Made by a program: the position numbers and the translations under genes. From Myxococcales bacterium (GTDB lineage Bacteria > Myxococcota_A > UBA9042 > UBA3505): a DNA stretch of 64,000 nt. Location: the NCBI GenBank assembly GCA_963578775.1, contig CAUZEG010000003.1, forward strand, positions 10,057-74,056, given 5' to 3'. Below, one piece after another: positions 19,979 to 29,794 of the stretch. How positions within the stretch are numbered: position 1 is the first letter of the stretch; every line of letters begins with the position of its first letter. The notes below the pieces were generated by a model. That model saw nothing but the letters and a program-made list of their open reading frames with translations, did no database searches and was not told the origin of the DNA.

Positions 19979-20665
19979 ATGTCTAACAAAAAACGCCAAG
20001 AAAACGAATCGGTTGTGAAAGGTGCCACGTCGACAAGGCCGGGACAGCCGGGTGGGGTACGTGCGAGAAATCGCGAGGCACGAATACGGACCTTGTCGAA
20101 TGCGGCACTGGAGTTGTTTCTTGAACGCGGGATCGAGCCGGTAACGATCGATGAGATTGTGGATCATTGTGGTGTCGCGAAAGGGACGTTTTATCGTTAC
20201 TTTGATGACAAGACCCATCTGGTGCAGGTCCTGCTCGACCCCGTCGAAGGCGCTATGAAAAGCGCTCTCGAAACGTGCCGGAATGCGGTTTCGCAAGCAC
20301 GGGATCGGACTGCGTTGATCCAGGCCTATCAGAATCTGGCGCTCGTACTGAGTCAGTTGATATTGGAAAATGCCAATGTGGCCTGTATGTATTTGCAGGA
20401 GAACCGTTCTCCGGCGGTGGGTGCCCGCGCACCCATATGTGCTCTGGCGGAGGTCGTTCTCGACGAGTCCATTAGCTTGACTCGGACGGCACAAGCTCAC
20501 GGTTTGCAGCGGGCGATGGAGCCGAGCATCAGTGCTCGGGCCGTTGTGGGCGCGGCGGAGAGTCTGATTCTGGCCAGCCTGAACCAGTCTTTGAAGTTAC
20601 CACCCGTCCAGGTCTACGCCACCTTGATCACTCTGGTGGTGGATGGAATCAAGGCCGATAGTTAA
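19979..20665 (+). CDS. TetR-family transcriptional regulator
   Basis: N-terminal HTH 'RIRTLSNAALELFLERGIEPVTIDEIVDHCGVAKGTFYRYFDDKTHL'. Confidence 0.85.
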   Translation: MSNKKRQENESVVKGATSTRPGQPGGVRARNREARIRTLSNAALELFLERGIEPVTIDEIVDHCGVAKGTFYRYFDDKTHLVQVLLDPVEGAMKSALETCRNAVSQARDRTALIQAYQNLALVLSQLILENANVACMYLQENRSPAVGARAPICALAEVVLDESISLTRTAQAHGLQRAMEPSISARAVVGAAESLILASLNQSLKLPPVQVYATLITLVVDGIKADS

Positions 20666-22461
20666 TTCAGATCGAGCAGGAAGAAATCCGCCAGGATATT
20701 GGGGTCGTGGGGACGTTCCGTTACGCGGCTGAACGCATCGTAGAACCGCTGCGCGGCAGGGTCGATCAGAGATCGACGAAGGGCCGAAATCTGTACGTTG
20801 TCGGAGATAGAAAGTTGCGCCAGAAGGGCCGTGCTTTCGTCGGTCAATTTCTGAATGGCCTGATCCGGCGGAGAGCATAATACTTCGACGTAGTTGCCTG
20901 CCTGGTCGATCGTGATCGGTTGCAAGGTCGCAGTGCCGTTTTGTGTGTTCTGGCAGAGGAGGGTCAGCCATAGATTCGAAAGGCGAACGTCTGCATAGGG
21001 CAAGCCAGTCTCGGTCGGTGAATCGACTTCCAGGGCTTTCACACCGAAATGCTGGCTGAAGAGATCAGCAGAGACCTGTGCATCACTGACCAGGACCCGC
21101 AGCCGGTCGACTTCGTTCAGACTCTTGAAAGGACGGTCGATCAAACCGCCGTCCACAACTTCGGTATAGCAGGGGAAGCGAGATGCGACCGCTGCGATGA
21201 CCTCCGCATAGGGCGAATCAAAGAGGTGTTTTGCGTCACGGCTGCCAAGTGTTTTCAGGATCCTATTTGCTGTATGGCTGAGCTCGGTGATGACGCTGAA
21301 CCCGACGCGGTGAAGCTCCATAAGATGCATTTTCTCAAGGATCTGACCTCCGGCTTCCAGATTTCCCTGGGCCAGGTATTCCAGTCCAATGTTCAGATGC
21401 CCAAAGATGGTCCTTGCTTCCTCGTTCCATCGGTCAAGATCACTCAGGTCAAGTATACGAATGGTTGAAGAACGGTTGCACAGATACGTGAATGAGGTGA
21501 TGAACTGTTCTTGTCGTTCGGGGCAGTCGGTCTGGCCTAGAATCGTTGCAAGGAAGTTGTCGGGGGCTCCGAGTCCAAGCAAAGAAGTACCAATGGGACG
21601 ACCTTCGTGGCGAAAGACATTCCCGCTGGGGCCGTCGAGTATGGAAGAAAGCTCAGCAAGTGTTTTCTTGGGACTCATGAAGACATACATTTGTATGGCC
21701 TCGTCGGGTGAAACGAAGCCCAGGTCCTGGAGTCGAGCGTCTCGAAAACGTAAGAGTTCTTCTTCCACTTCGCTCGGGTTCTCGATGGTTATCTTGTCGA
21801 GCAACTGGAGCGCCTGCTCTAGATCGGCTTGATATAGGGCCCTGATGAGGTGGTATATCATCGGGAAGCGGTCGTTGGCATCGTCACCGTAGAGTTCTAC
21901 AAAATAGCGTTGATCGGGCGTGGTGAAGACCACGGAGTCATCGGGGAAGTACGGACTCTCATCCATTTTCTCTCGGACCTGGATACGACACCAGCGGGCT
22001 AAAATGGTGATGATCAGTTCCGGATCAACTTGTTTGAGTCGACGAGGCAACTCATTGGACGGTCCGAATTCGTCGAGGCTCCATATCCAGCGCTCAATGC
22101 GCTCTGGGCATATCTCGGAACCGATCCAGAGATCAAGGTCTAGAAGTGTGCGAAATTGTTCGGGTGTTGTATAGGGAACCAGAAGCCCTGCGTCTTCGAT
22201 ACCAATATGGTGAATCAGCTGGTGAAGCTCTTGTGTGGGCAGCCCCTGGACGAAGGTCGCGGGCGAGGCCAGGTCAAGGATGGCGTTGAGTTTACCCATA
22301 CGCGACAGACTATGAAATGTCGGGGCTAACGCCGGCCCTTCCCATTTCTTGAAGGGTAGATTCGTGCCGATAGCCTGGGGGGTAATGGGAGCATTTTGGA
22401 AGCGCCCGGGGCTTAGTTTCGGTTCTGATCGTTGGGAGCTATCCATCATCCGGTTCGCCAA
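20662..22461 (-). CDS. Hypothetical protein (599 aa), no motif recognised
   Basis: Long uninterrupted ORF with coding-like composition. Probably cytoplasmic; no signal peptide. Convergent 4-bp overlap with the TetR gene. Confidence 0.5.
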   Translation of the reverse strand: MANRMMDSSQRSEPKLSPGRFQNAPITPQAIGTNLPFKKWEGPALAPTFHSLSRMGKLNAILDLASPATFVQGLPTQELHQLIHHIGIEDAGLLVPYTTPEQFRTLLDLDLWIGSEICPERIERWIWSLDEFGPSNELPRRLKQVDPELIITILARWCRIQVREKMDESPYFPDDSVVFTTPDQRYFVELYGDDANDRFPMIYHLIRALYQADLEQALQLLDKITIENPSEVEEELLRFRDARLQDLGFVSPDEAIQMYVFMSPKKTLAELSSILDGPSGNVFRHEGRPIGTSLLGLGAPDNFLATILGQTDCPERQEQFITSFTYLCNRSSTIRILDLSDLDRWNEEARTIFGHLNIGLEYLAQGNLEAGGQILEKMHLMELHRVGFSVITELSHTANRILKTLGSRDAKHLFDSPYAEVIAAVASRFPCYTEVVDGGLIDRPFKSLNEVDRLRVLVSDAQVSADLFSQHFGVKALEVDSPTETGLPYADVRLSNLWLTLLCQNTQNGTATLQPITIDQAGNYVEVLCSPPDQAIQKLTDESTALLAQLSISDNVQISALRRSLIDPAAQRFYDAFSRVTERPHDPNILADFFLLDLN

Positions 22462-22635
22462 AGTCGTTCAATAATTGTCCAATAGGGACTATAGGAAGGC
22501 CAGGACCCTGCCAGATTTTCCCGAAAATAACTACCAAAGAGTGTAGATCAGGGCCGGAAAATAGGCCTGCGACGCTGTTGCAATGGGTGGGTTGGAATGG
22601 CCATGGTATGACCTTTCATAGGCATGGTTGTGGCC

Positions 22636-22663
22636 TTGCAGCCGGAGAAACGGGTGCTATAAT
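22636..22663 (+). promoter_or_regulatory. Putative sigma70 promoter TTGCAG, 16-nt spacer, TATAAT
   Basis: Consensus-like -10 TATAAT at 22658-22663, about 47 bp upstream of the 22710 ATG. Confidence 0.4.
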
Positions 22664-22709
22664 GTCGAGACCTGCTTCCAACCGATTCCAGTGATCATTC
22701 CGAGGTTCG

Positions 22710-23054
22710 TTGATGCCGTCCAAAGCCCAGGTCCTTAATGTGTTGCAACGTCGTTATGATTACCACTCGGCACGATCGATGCTGTCCGAAGTCGCGATTG
22801 CCAATAAACTAGACGAGCAGAAAGAGTACACCGGACGAGAAGTAAAGAAGTTGGCAAAAGGAATCGCAGCTCTTGGAGATCGGGTCTCCAATGTTGTCGA
22901 TCTCCTGAACGAATTGGCAAAGGAACCCGAAGCCAAAGCACCGGCGAAGGAACCCGAAGCGAAAGCTGTGGCAAAGGAACCCGAAGCGAAAGCTGCGAAG
23001 AAGGCACCGGAAAAAACGTCGGCAAAGGCTGCGGCGAAAAAGAAGGCCGGCTAG
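22710..23054 (+). CDS. Small basic protein with a Lys/Ala/Pro/Glu-rich repeat tail (histone H1-like tail)
   Basis: 3x 'KEPEAKAxA' encoded by about 27-bp tandem DNA repeats (22920-23000). Lys/Ala-rich C-terminal tail. Preceded by a strong promoter. Confidence 0.5.
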   Translation: MMPSKAQVLNVLQRRYDYHSARSMLSEVAIANKLDEQKEYTGREVKKLAKGIAALGDRVSNVVDLLNELAKEPEAKAPAKEPEAKAVAKEPEAKAAKKAPEKTSAKAAAKKKAG

Positions 23055-25471
23055 CGGGTCGAGATGGTACCCGTAGGGCTGCCAGTCGACGTGTTTAGTT
23101 CGTGGAGTTTTTTCAGCTGTTCGAATACCTGGTTGTGTATCGATCGGGCCGGAGTAAATACGTCGTTTCGAAGGGTTCCCGGCGTCTGATTGAAAAACAG
23201 CATGATGGCCTCGTCGACCGTCTGCACAGCGTAGATATGGAATCGCCCCGCTTCTATGTCTTCGCGGATGCTCTTATGCAGCATCAAATCGCGAATATTC
23301 GCTCTAGGTACGACAACCCCCTGTGTACCCGTTAATCCTCGGATTTGGCAGAGGCGGTGGAATCCTTCGATTTTCGATGTGACGCCTCCGACCGGCTGGA
23401 CCTGACCAAGTTGATTGATCGAACCTGTAACGGCGAGATCCTGCCGTATGGCTAGCCCGGACAATTCCGACAGGATGGCAAGAAGCTCACCCAGGGATGC
23501 ACTATCGCCATCTACATAGCCGTAGGATTGTTCAAAACAGATGGAAATAGACGCGGAGATTGGGATGCGGGTACCATATTTCCCGCCCAGAAACCCAGCT
23601 AGAATCAAGACAGCCTTGTCGTGGATCTGACCGGATAGATGGGCTTCGCGCTCCACGTTCAAGATCCCTTCCGTTCCGGCCTGGGCCCTTGCAGTAATTC
23701 GGGCCGGCTTCCCAAAATCGAAAGGTCCGTCCTGGAGGACCGTCAATCCGTTGATAGTACCCACCTCGTCGCCTTCGACCGAGATGAGAACAAAGTTCTT
23801 TGCCAGGTCATCAAACATCCGGTCTCGAAGATGGGAAACCTGGTACTCACGCCGTTCAAGAGCGGAATGGATATCGTCTCGGCGGATGATCTTGGATCGC
23901 CGTCGCCGTGCCACGTCGTCGGCTTCAATGACCAGGCTCGCCAGGCTATTAAACGACAGGGATAGTTTTCGTTGGTGATCTGCCCAACGAGCTCCCGTTT
24001 CAATAAGAGCATTCAGGCCGGTTACGTCGATGGGCAATAGCTCATCTTTTTCACAGACTCCCGCTACAAAGCGCGCGTAGGCACGTTCAGCCGTACGGTC
24101 CCAATCCACAGAATCATCGAATTCTGCCTTGATCCGGAACAATTTGGGGAAATCCTCGTCGTATCGGTAGAGGGCTTCATAGACGGAGTGGCTACCAATC
24201 AACAGGATCTTCACGTCGATGTTGACGGGAGTGGGTCTCAGACCACTAGTCGCCAAAAAGCCGCTCGCCTCGCCCAGATCTTCAATTCGGATCTGTCCGG
24301 TTCGGAGGGTGCTCTTCATCAACTCCCAGACTCCGGGTTGGGCCAGCAGGTCGGCCGCGTTCAGGACCAGAAAACCGCCATTGGCTCGGAGTAGGGAACC
24401 GGCCTTGAGCATGGTGTGATCGGTAGAATAGATGCCGAACTCCACATGCTTTTCAATACGGCCAAAGAGGTTGTAATAGTTTGGCCGGTCTTCGATGATA
24501 ACAGGTGCTCCCCGTGTCTTTCGATTGTCCACCACCAGATTTATCCGGTATTGGGGCACCGTTTTCAGGAAAGCTTCCGGAGTGAGTGCTTTCTCTTCTT
24601 CCTCGGGAATGAACCGTTCGAGATGAAGAAGTATGTCATTCACCAGGCCGTTGAGGTACTCCTGAATCGCGGGGTGGTCTCGGTGTTTTTCTACCATGCC
24701 CGACAGGCGGCTCTCGATTACCGACAGGGCCATCTGGCGTTGGAGCTCTTCAAGCTCGGCATGGGACTGAATCTCGATTTCGCGGTTGAACTCGAAAAAG
24801 GCGCTCAGCATCGGGTCCAGCTTCTTACGCCTGGCCTCGATGGTTTTACGGGCGCTGGCATTGAGGTCGGTATATTCTTTCTGGGACAGCGGTTTCCCGT
24901 CCACGACAGGGAGCACCGTCAAGCCCTGCTTCGAGGTGCGCACCAGAAAACTGAGATTGGATGCCTGGTCCTTCAATTCCGCCAAGGCCTCATTTTCACG
25001 TTCCATGCTGGAATTCAGCACGGCCTGGATGCTTCCTTGATGTTCCTTCGAGTGATAGGCATCCGGAACGTCATGGCGAAGTGCTTCGATGAAGACCTCC
25101 ATTTCGTTACGAAATACGATGCCCTGTCCCGCCGGCAATTCGACGACAAGCGGGCACTCCTGCACCTCGAAGTTATGGATGTACATGATGTCCGGCGGGA
25201 TGTTTCGCTTGGGGGCATCTCGACGCAATAGGCGCATGGTTGTCGTCATCTTGCCTGTTGCGGTGGGACCGGCCACAAAGATGTGAAAGTTCCTCTGCCG
25301 AACCCGGATACCGAGTTCCAGGGCGTTGCGCGGGCGTGGTTGCTCGATTACGCCATCGTACGGCTTGAGCTCCATCGTCGAAGATATATTGAGGTACCCA
25401 AGATCGGCAGGTTTGAACACTGCGCTACTCTTGAGAGGTTTTGGTTTCCGTGTTCGCTGTGTCGGACTCAA
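23051..25471 (-). CDS. Lon-related ATP-dependent protease (AAA+ module plus C-terminal S16 Lon peptidase domain, COG1067-like)
   Basis: Degenerate Walker A 'AGPTATGKMTT'. C-terminal 'DGDSASLGELLAILSELSGL...VTGSINQLGQVQPVGGVTSKIEG' gives a Ser/Lys dyad. 806 aa. Confidence 0.75.
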   Translation of the reverse strand: MSPTQRTRKPKPLKSSAVFKPADLGYLNISSTMELKPYDGVIEQPRPRNALELGIRVRQRNFHIFVAGPTATGKMTTTMRLLRRDAPKRNIPPDIMYIHNFEVQECPLVVELPAGQGIVFRNEMEVFIEALRHDVPDAYHSKEHQGSIQAVLNSSMERENEALAELKDQASNLSFLVRTSKQGLTVLPVVDGKPLSQKEYTDLNASARKTIEARRKKLDPMLSAFFEFNREIEIQSHAELEELQRQMALSVIESRLSGMVEKHRDHPAIQEYLNGLVNDILLHLERFIPEEEEKALTPEAFLKTVPQYRINLVVDNRKTRGAPVIIEDRPNYYNLFGRIEKHVEFGIYSTDHTMLKAGSLLRANGGFLVLNAADLLAQPGVWELMKSTLRTGQIRIEDLGEASGFLATSGLRPTPVNIDVKILLIGSHSVYEALYRYDEDFPKLFRIKAEFDDSVDWDRTAERAYARFVAGVCEKDELLPIDVTGLNALIETGARWADHQRKLSLSFNSLASLVIEADDVARRRRSKIIRRDDIHSALERREYQVSHLRDRMFDDLAKNFVLISVEGDEVGTINGLTVLQDGPFDFGKPARITARAQAGTEGILNVEREAHLSGQIHDKAVLILAGFLGGKYGTRIPISASISICFEQSYGYVDGDSASLGELLAILSELSGLAIRQDLAVTGSINQLGQVQPVGGVTSKIEGFHRLCQIRGLTGTQGVVVPRANIRDLMLHKSIREDIEAGRFHIYAVQTVDEAIMLFFNQTPGTLRNDVFTPARSIHNQVFEQLKKLHELNTSTGSPTGTISTR

Positions 25472-25631
25472 TTAGGGATGTCTCCACCTGCGAGGTTTGG
25501 GCATCAGCGACAGGTCCATCGACCTCATGCCAGAGTGCCACCGGGTACGTTAGGAGTTATCACCGCGCACACGGGTGGGCAAGCTCCAAAAGGGTACGGG
25601 TTCAATCGTGAAGAACCGCAGTACGTGCACT

Positions 25632-27368
25632 TCAGGGTTTTACTATTGTTGCGTCACCTTCGTAGGAGACTACGATGGTGTCATTCGGTTCAAGCAGATC
25701 ACCAAAGAAGATGGCTTCACCCGTGACCTCACAAGTCGAATCTTCACGGATCTGATATTGCCCCAGTCCTGGTTCGGTAGCTTCTTGTTGGGCCGAGACA
25801 AGGTCGAAGATGGTCCCACCCGAGATTCGCTGAACGGTGATATCGTCGAGTTGTGTGCAGTGGGGAGGGTCATCGTCGGAGTATTGTAGGCAACGTATAG
25901 GCTGTGGCAGACAGATACGAACTACGCGTTTGATGATCGTCTCACTGATGAGGGTCAGTGCCTTCTGAATCCCATATGTGGCGAGATCGGTTCCGGCCTC
26001 GACAGGTTCACAATTACCGTCTGCGGCGAGGGCTCCGGAGGTGCCATTATCGGTGATGCAGGGGGATGGGCCACAGATATTTGCCATGACCCCGTTTGGG
26101 CCAAACGCTTCGGCCAACTTGATATACCGTGCACCCAGATCGGCAATACCCTGTTCTGACGAGCAGATGTAGGTACGGGGTGCGTAATGGGTACCTTCGG
26201 ATTCGCTCGCCTTAAAGGCGTTGATGTCCTCTTGGCGCAGTTCTGGGTCGACCTCCTGCGAGTCCCCCACGATGGAGGCGACCAGCACCTTCGAGGAGTC
26301 GTTCTTCAGCGATTTGAAGAAGTTCACGAACCGACTAACCGGCTCCAGGGGTCCGCCACTAAAAGTGTCGCCCAATAAAGAGCAGGTGGCATATTGTTCG
26401 AGCCGTATACATTGTTTCACGTCGTTGATTGATTTCCAATCCATTCCAGGTGTGAGCAGACATTCTTGTGTCAGTGAGCAGTCTTCTTCGTCGGAGACAA
26501 AGATGAGAACGAGCCAGGCATCATCACGGAGGAAATCCGCAGCCTGATCCTTATTGGGCCCGTGTGGATCCAGGGCGAAGCGAGCGGCGTTCAACCCCTG
26601 CTCCAGATTTGCGTTATACGAGGAGTCCGCTCCAACGGTCGCGATACACTGGAACAGGTCCAGATTCGATACGTTATTGTTGAATTGAAGAAAACTCGGG
26701 ACATTTGCGGGGCAGTTATCGGCGGGCGGAGGCACCATACAGCCAGAAGCGAGCTCCAGGTATGCGGGGTATTCCACACAGGAGAACTGCTGTCCGAAAA
26801 ATGCCGGGCAGGATTGATCGGCTTGGGTGCACACCAGACGACACCGACTGTTGATACTCCCGTTGAGGTTCTCCAGGGTCTCGGCCGGTTTATTCTTCCA
26901 GGTACACTCCCAGAAGCTATCACCTGCGGGGACAGGCAGGGGACCGGATTCCGAAGTGGCAGCGAGACAGTCTTCGTCTTTCAGGCATTTCTTGATGACT
27001 TCCGCTCGGCAGGGTGGAGGAAACGCCTCGGCAGGGTCTGTATTGAAGTCTCCGTGGTCGCCCAGGACGTTGGTGTTGACGACCGCCATCCGTGCATCGA
27101 TGGTGATGAAGTCGTTCAGGGTACCCACGAACTTATTGAAGTTCTTGGAGAGATTCGACTGCTCCTCACACATGGAATTGGAGTTGTCGATGACCCATAG
27201 GAAGTCGATCTTTACGTCATCCCGGTTATCACGCTGGTCAAAGACCTTGAGGGCAAAGCTATCCGTCAGGTCGATGACCGGAAGTTCACAGCCACTCAAG
27301 AGAATCGAGCAGGCGACTGCCAGCAGGACGAATGGGCGGAGCATGAGTCTCGAGAATTGTTTTTGCAT
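25632..27368 (-). CDS. Cys-rich lipoprotein with von Willebrand factor A (VWA) domain
   Basis: Lipobox 'LLSGC'. MIDAS-like 'DFLWVIDNSNSM'. Many Cys residues. 578 aa. Confidence 0.55.
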   Translation of the reverse strand: MQKQFSRLMLRPFVLLAVACSILLSGCELPVIDLTDSFALKVFDQRDNRDDVKIDFLWVIDNSNSMCEEQSNLSKNFNKFVGTLNDFITIDARMAVVNTNVLGDHGDFNTDPAEAFPPPCRAEVIKKCLKDEDCLAATSESGPLPVPAGDSFWECTWKNKPAETLENLNGSINSRCRLVCTQADQSCPAFFGQQFSCVEYPAYLELASGCMVPPPADNCPANVPSFLQFNNNVSNLDLFQCIATVGADSSYNANLEQGLNAARFALDPHGPNKDQAADFLRDDAWLVLIFVSDEEDCSLTQECLLTPGMDWKSINDVKQCIRLEQYATCSLLGDTFSGGPLEPVSRFVNFFKSLKNDSSKVLVASIVGDSQEVDPELRQEDINAFKASESEGTHYAPRTYICSSEQGIADLGARYIKLAEAFGPNGVMANICGPSPCITDNGTSGALAADGNCEPVEAGTDLATYGIQKALTLISETIIKRVVRICLPQPIRCLQYSDDDPPHCTQLDDITVQRISGGTIFDLVSAQQEATEPGLGQYQIREDSTCEVTGEAIFFGDLLEPNDTIVVSYEGDATIVKP

Positions 27369-27499
27369 GGGATGCCTCGACCGAAAACTATAACGCAGTA
27401 TACGAAGCTCGTTTCCGGGCGTCTATAGTCTGGACCGCTTAGAACGATATAAGGGACTACTCTGGCTCCATTCCAGGTGGAGCGCAATCGATCCGGACA

Positions 27500-27535
27500 A
27501 AATACAAAAAGCCCGGTATTAAAACCGGGCTTTCG
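27500..27535 (-). terminator. Rho-independent terminator downstream of tRNA-Asp
   Basis: On the minus strand, AAAGCCCGGT-tttaat-ACCGGGCTTT followed by TTTTGTATTTTG. Confidence 0.55.
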
Positions 27536-27538
27536 AAG

Positions 27539-27613
<75 letters not shown>

Positions 27614-27646
27614 GCGGGGATTTTTGGACGCAACATTGAAAAGATC

Positions 27647-27721
27647 GGTGGGCGATGACGGGCTTGAACCGCCGACCCCCTCGGTGTAAACGAGGTGCTC
27701 TCCCAGCTGAGCTAATCGCCC
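27647..27721 (-). tRNA. tRNA-Val (anticodon TAC)
   Basis: Manual cloverleaf. Acceptor GGGCGAT/ATCGCCC. D-loop AGCTCAGCTGGGAGAGC. Anticodon loop TTTACAC. T-loop TTCAAGC. CC encoded. Confidence 0.8.
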
Positions 27722-27737
27722 GCGTCAGGAACGGCAG

Positions 27738-27766
27738 TAGTTAACCGTTAAGGGCATGCATGTCAA
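27738..27766 (-). promoter_or_regulatory. Putative promoter for the tRNA-Val/tRNA-Asp operon (TTGACA, 17-nt spacer, TAACTA on the minus strand)
   Basis: Hexamers read from the reverse complement, about 17 nt upstream of the tRNA-Val 5' end. Confidence 0.3.
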
Positions 27767-27780
27767 ACAGATTCGCGGCA

Positions 27781-29553
27781 TCAGGGACCTGGGTTGAGAC
27801 GTTCTCCCTCGAAATCTGCGGAAAACTCACTCGTGGTGGATCCGCTTAGAACCACAGTGCCGGTATAGGCACCGTCGATCAGCCGGTCCACAACCAGATC
27901 ATCATGATCATCGAGAAGCAGGCAGGAGCCGTATAGAGACAGGGTGCTATCCCATTTCAAACCATTGAGGCTGACCTCGACAAATCCACTGATCAAGTCC
28001 GTTGCTCCCTCGCATGCGTTCTGGATGTCCTGCTGCGGGATTCCCAGGATGCTATCAAGGTTGGAGCAATCGAGAAGATCAGCCATCGCATCACCCAGGT
28101 TGGTCGCCCCGTTCGCAATCTCGGGTAAGAGGATATGTTCCAGGCCAAAGAGGATCAGCTTCCCGTAATTGATGTAGATGATATGCGGGTCGATCTGCAG
28201 TTGATTCCAATTCAGGATTGACGCCGTGAAATGACTCGAAGCCAGGTCGAGTGGGAAATCCGGGTCGTCGAAGTCTTCCAGTGTGTAGGTATACTTTCCA
28301 CATTCGTCGTAGTCCGGTGCATTGGGATCACAGTCCAACTTCCAGTACAGATTCAGCCCGATAAATTCTTCACTCCCATTGAGATTATAATCGCTGTAGA
28401 TCTTCGAAAACTGGACCAATGAGATCAGTTCCAGGCCGTTCACTACGCTTGTCAGATCCTGGGTTACGGTCCAGAAGTCCTGGAGTTCGGGGATCCCCAA
28501 CAACCAGTCGGACAACGCATCGGCGATGGGTTCTCCGATGATATCGAACAGGAGATCGACCGCAATACTGGGAAGAAACTGTTTGGCTGCTTCTTCCACA
28601 TATTTGATAATGATCTCACCCGGGTCGTTGAAAAAGGTCAAAATGTCCGCGAGGATCTCTCCAGCGAGCCCCTGCTCGTTGAGGAAATCGACCGCAAGAT
28701 TCGTGAAATTATAGCTGCCTTCGACCCGATAGGTCCCCGTCAGCATCAAGGGCGCAAGGTGCAGGGTCACCGTTACGTCGTTGACGCCGTCGGCTGGTAC
28801 AAAGACCCCGTCAAGACAACCTCCGGCGGCCAGATGTTCGCCTTCGTCCGCGACGATCGTTGTCGCCGTCACAATGACGGTAAATTTATCCGCAGCATAT
28901 AGATTCTCGAAGATTGCCTTGCTATCCGTGGACAGGAGAGTGTGGCTCAAATCGCCCGTGTCCGGTGCTGTCTGTGCGTGGAAATGTGAACAGCTCGTAT
29001 AGCCCGGTATCAGTCCAACACGAATTGTCTTTAATGGGATGGGGCCGGCATAATTTATGGCCACACGAAGGTTTCCAATGGCACGGTCATGGACCTTGAT
29101 AGGGACCAGGGCATCTGTGGCCAGATCGGCCGAAAAGATGAGTTCATATATGATGTTGGGTGTGTTCCCGGCTGTAACGATTACGGACGCCTTGCCCTGG
29201 GGGTCGGTAAACATCCCCGTGGAGGACAGGCTGGCGTCGCCCGGCGGCCCGGTGTCGGCTGGTGGGATGACCTGTTGAAGGTCGGCTATGAGATAGATGC
29301 TTCCTGCGGCGCTGTTGGTTTCCAGGTCGATGACGCGAACCGAGATCTTCACCTCGTTGGCTACCTCCACGTCCACGGGTACTTCCACATCATGGAGTGG
29401 CACAATCATGTATCGGATTACCGTGCCATCTGGACTATTTGGCAGCTCAACTCCGGGGGCCGGCGGATAGATGAGCGTATCGTCTGTACAGTTCGTCGTT
29501 CCTACGAGGACGAAGCACAGCAGCAGAAGCAGATGTATGAGCTTTCGTGACAT
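27781..29553 (-). CDS. Hypothetical lipoprotein (590 aa)
   Basis: Lipoprotein signal 'LLLCFVLVGTTNCTDD'. No catalytic motif recognised. Confidence 0.5.
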   Translation of the reverse strand: MSRKLIHLLLLLCFVLVGTTNCTDDTLIYPPAPGVELPNSPDGTVIRYMIVPLHDVEVPVDVEVANEVKISVRVIDLETNSAAGSIYLIADLQQVIPPADTGPPGDASLSSTGMFTDPQGKASVIVTAGNTPNIIYELIFSADLATDALVPIKVHDRAIGNLRVAINYAGPIPLKTIRVGLIPGYTSCSHFHAQTAPDTGDLSHTLLSTDSKAIFENLYAADKFTVIVTATTIVADEGEHLAAGGCLDGVFVPADGVNDVTVTLHLAPLMLTGTYRVEGSYNFTNLAVDFLNEQGLAGEILADILTFFNDPGEIIIKYVEEAAKQFLPSIAVDLLFDIIGEPIADALSDWLLGIPELQDFWTVTQDLTSVVNGLELISLVQFSKIYSDYNLNGSEEFIGLNLYWKLDCDPNAPDYDECGKYTYTLEDFDDPDFPLDLASSHFTASILNWNQLQIDPHIIYINYGKLILFGLEHILLPEIANGATNLGDAMADLLDCSNLDSILGIPQQDIQNACEGATDLISGFVEVSLNGLKWDSTLSLYGSCLLLDDHDDLVVDRLIDGAYTGTVVLSGSTTSEFSADFEGERLNPGP

Positions 29554-29610
29554 GGATACCTTTACGGGAGCCGAAAAATCTAGACACGAGGTGCCCGGCG
29601 GAGCAAGCGC

Positions 29611-29679
29611 AAAACGGTATGCCCGTTGCCAGGGGCGGCAATGGGCGGTGTATGCTCACCCTGCTGACAATACCGTTTT
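29611..29679. repeat. 10-bp perfect inverted repeat (AAAACGGTAT ... ATACCGTTTT) with a nested imperfect hairpin
   Basis: Read directly. Located in the divergent intergenic region 29554-29794. Confidence 0.5.
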
Positions 29680-29794
29680 CATGCGTATGCGGCGAATTTG
29701 AAATGGTTAAACAGGCTGAATGAAAGCCGCTTCGATGACTTGACGGCTACTCCCGAACGGGCGAGCATGCACTCGCAATTTTGGGGATAAGGGA

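Noticed and set aside
22920-23000. Tandem repeats as a CRISPR-like array (also 37141-37248 and 50828-50872)
   Set aside because: The repeats are directly tandem without spacers. Two of the three are in-frame coding repeats.
23051-25471. Lon-like protease as BrxL of a BREX defence system
   Set aside because: No pglX methyltransferase, pglZ, brxC or brxA/B genes anywhere in the window. The neighbouring genes are on mixed strands, so an operon is unlikely. Kept as a Lon-related protease only.
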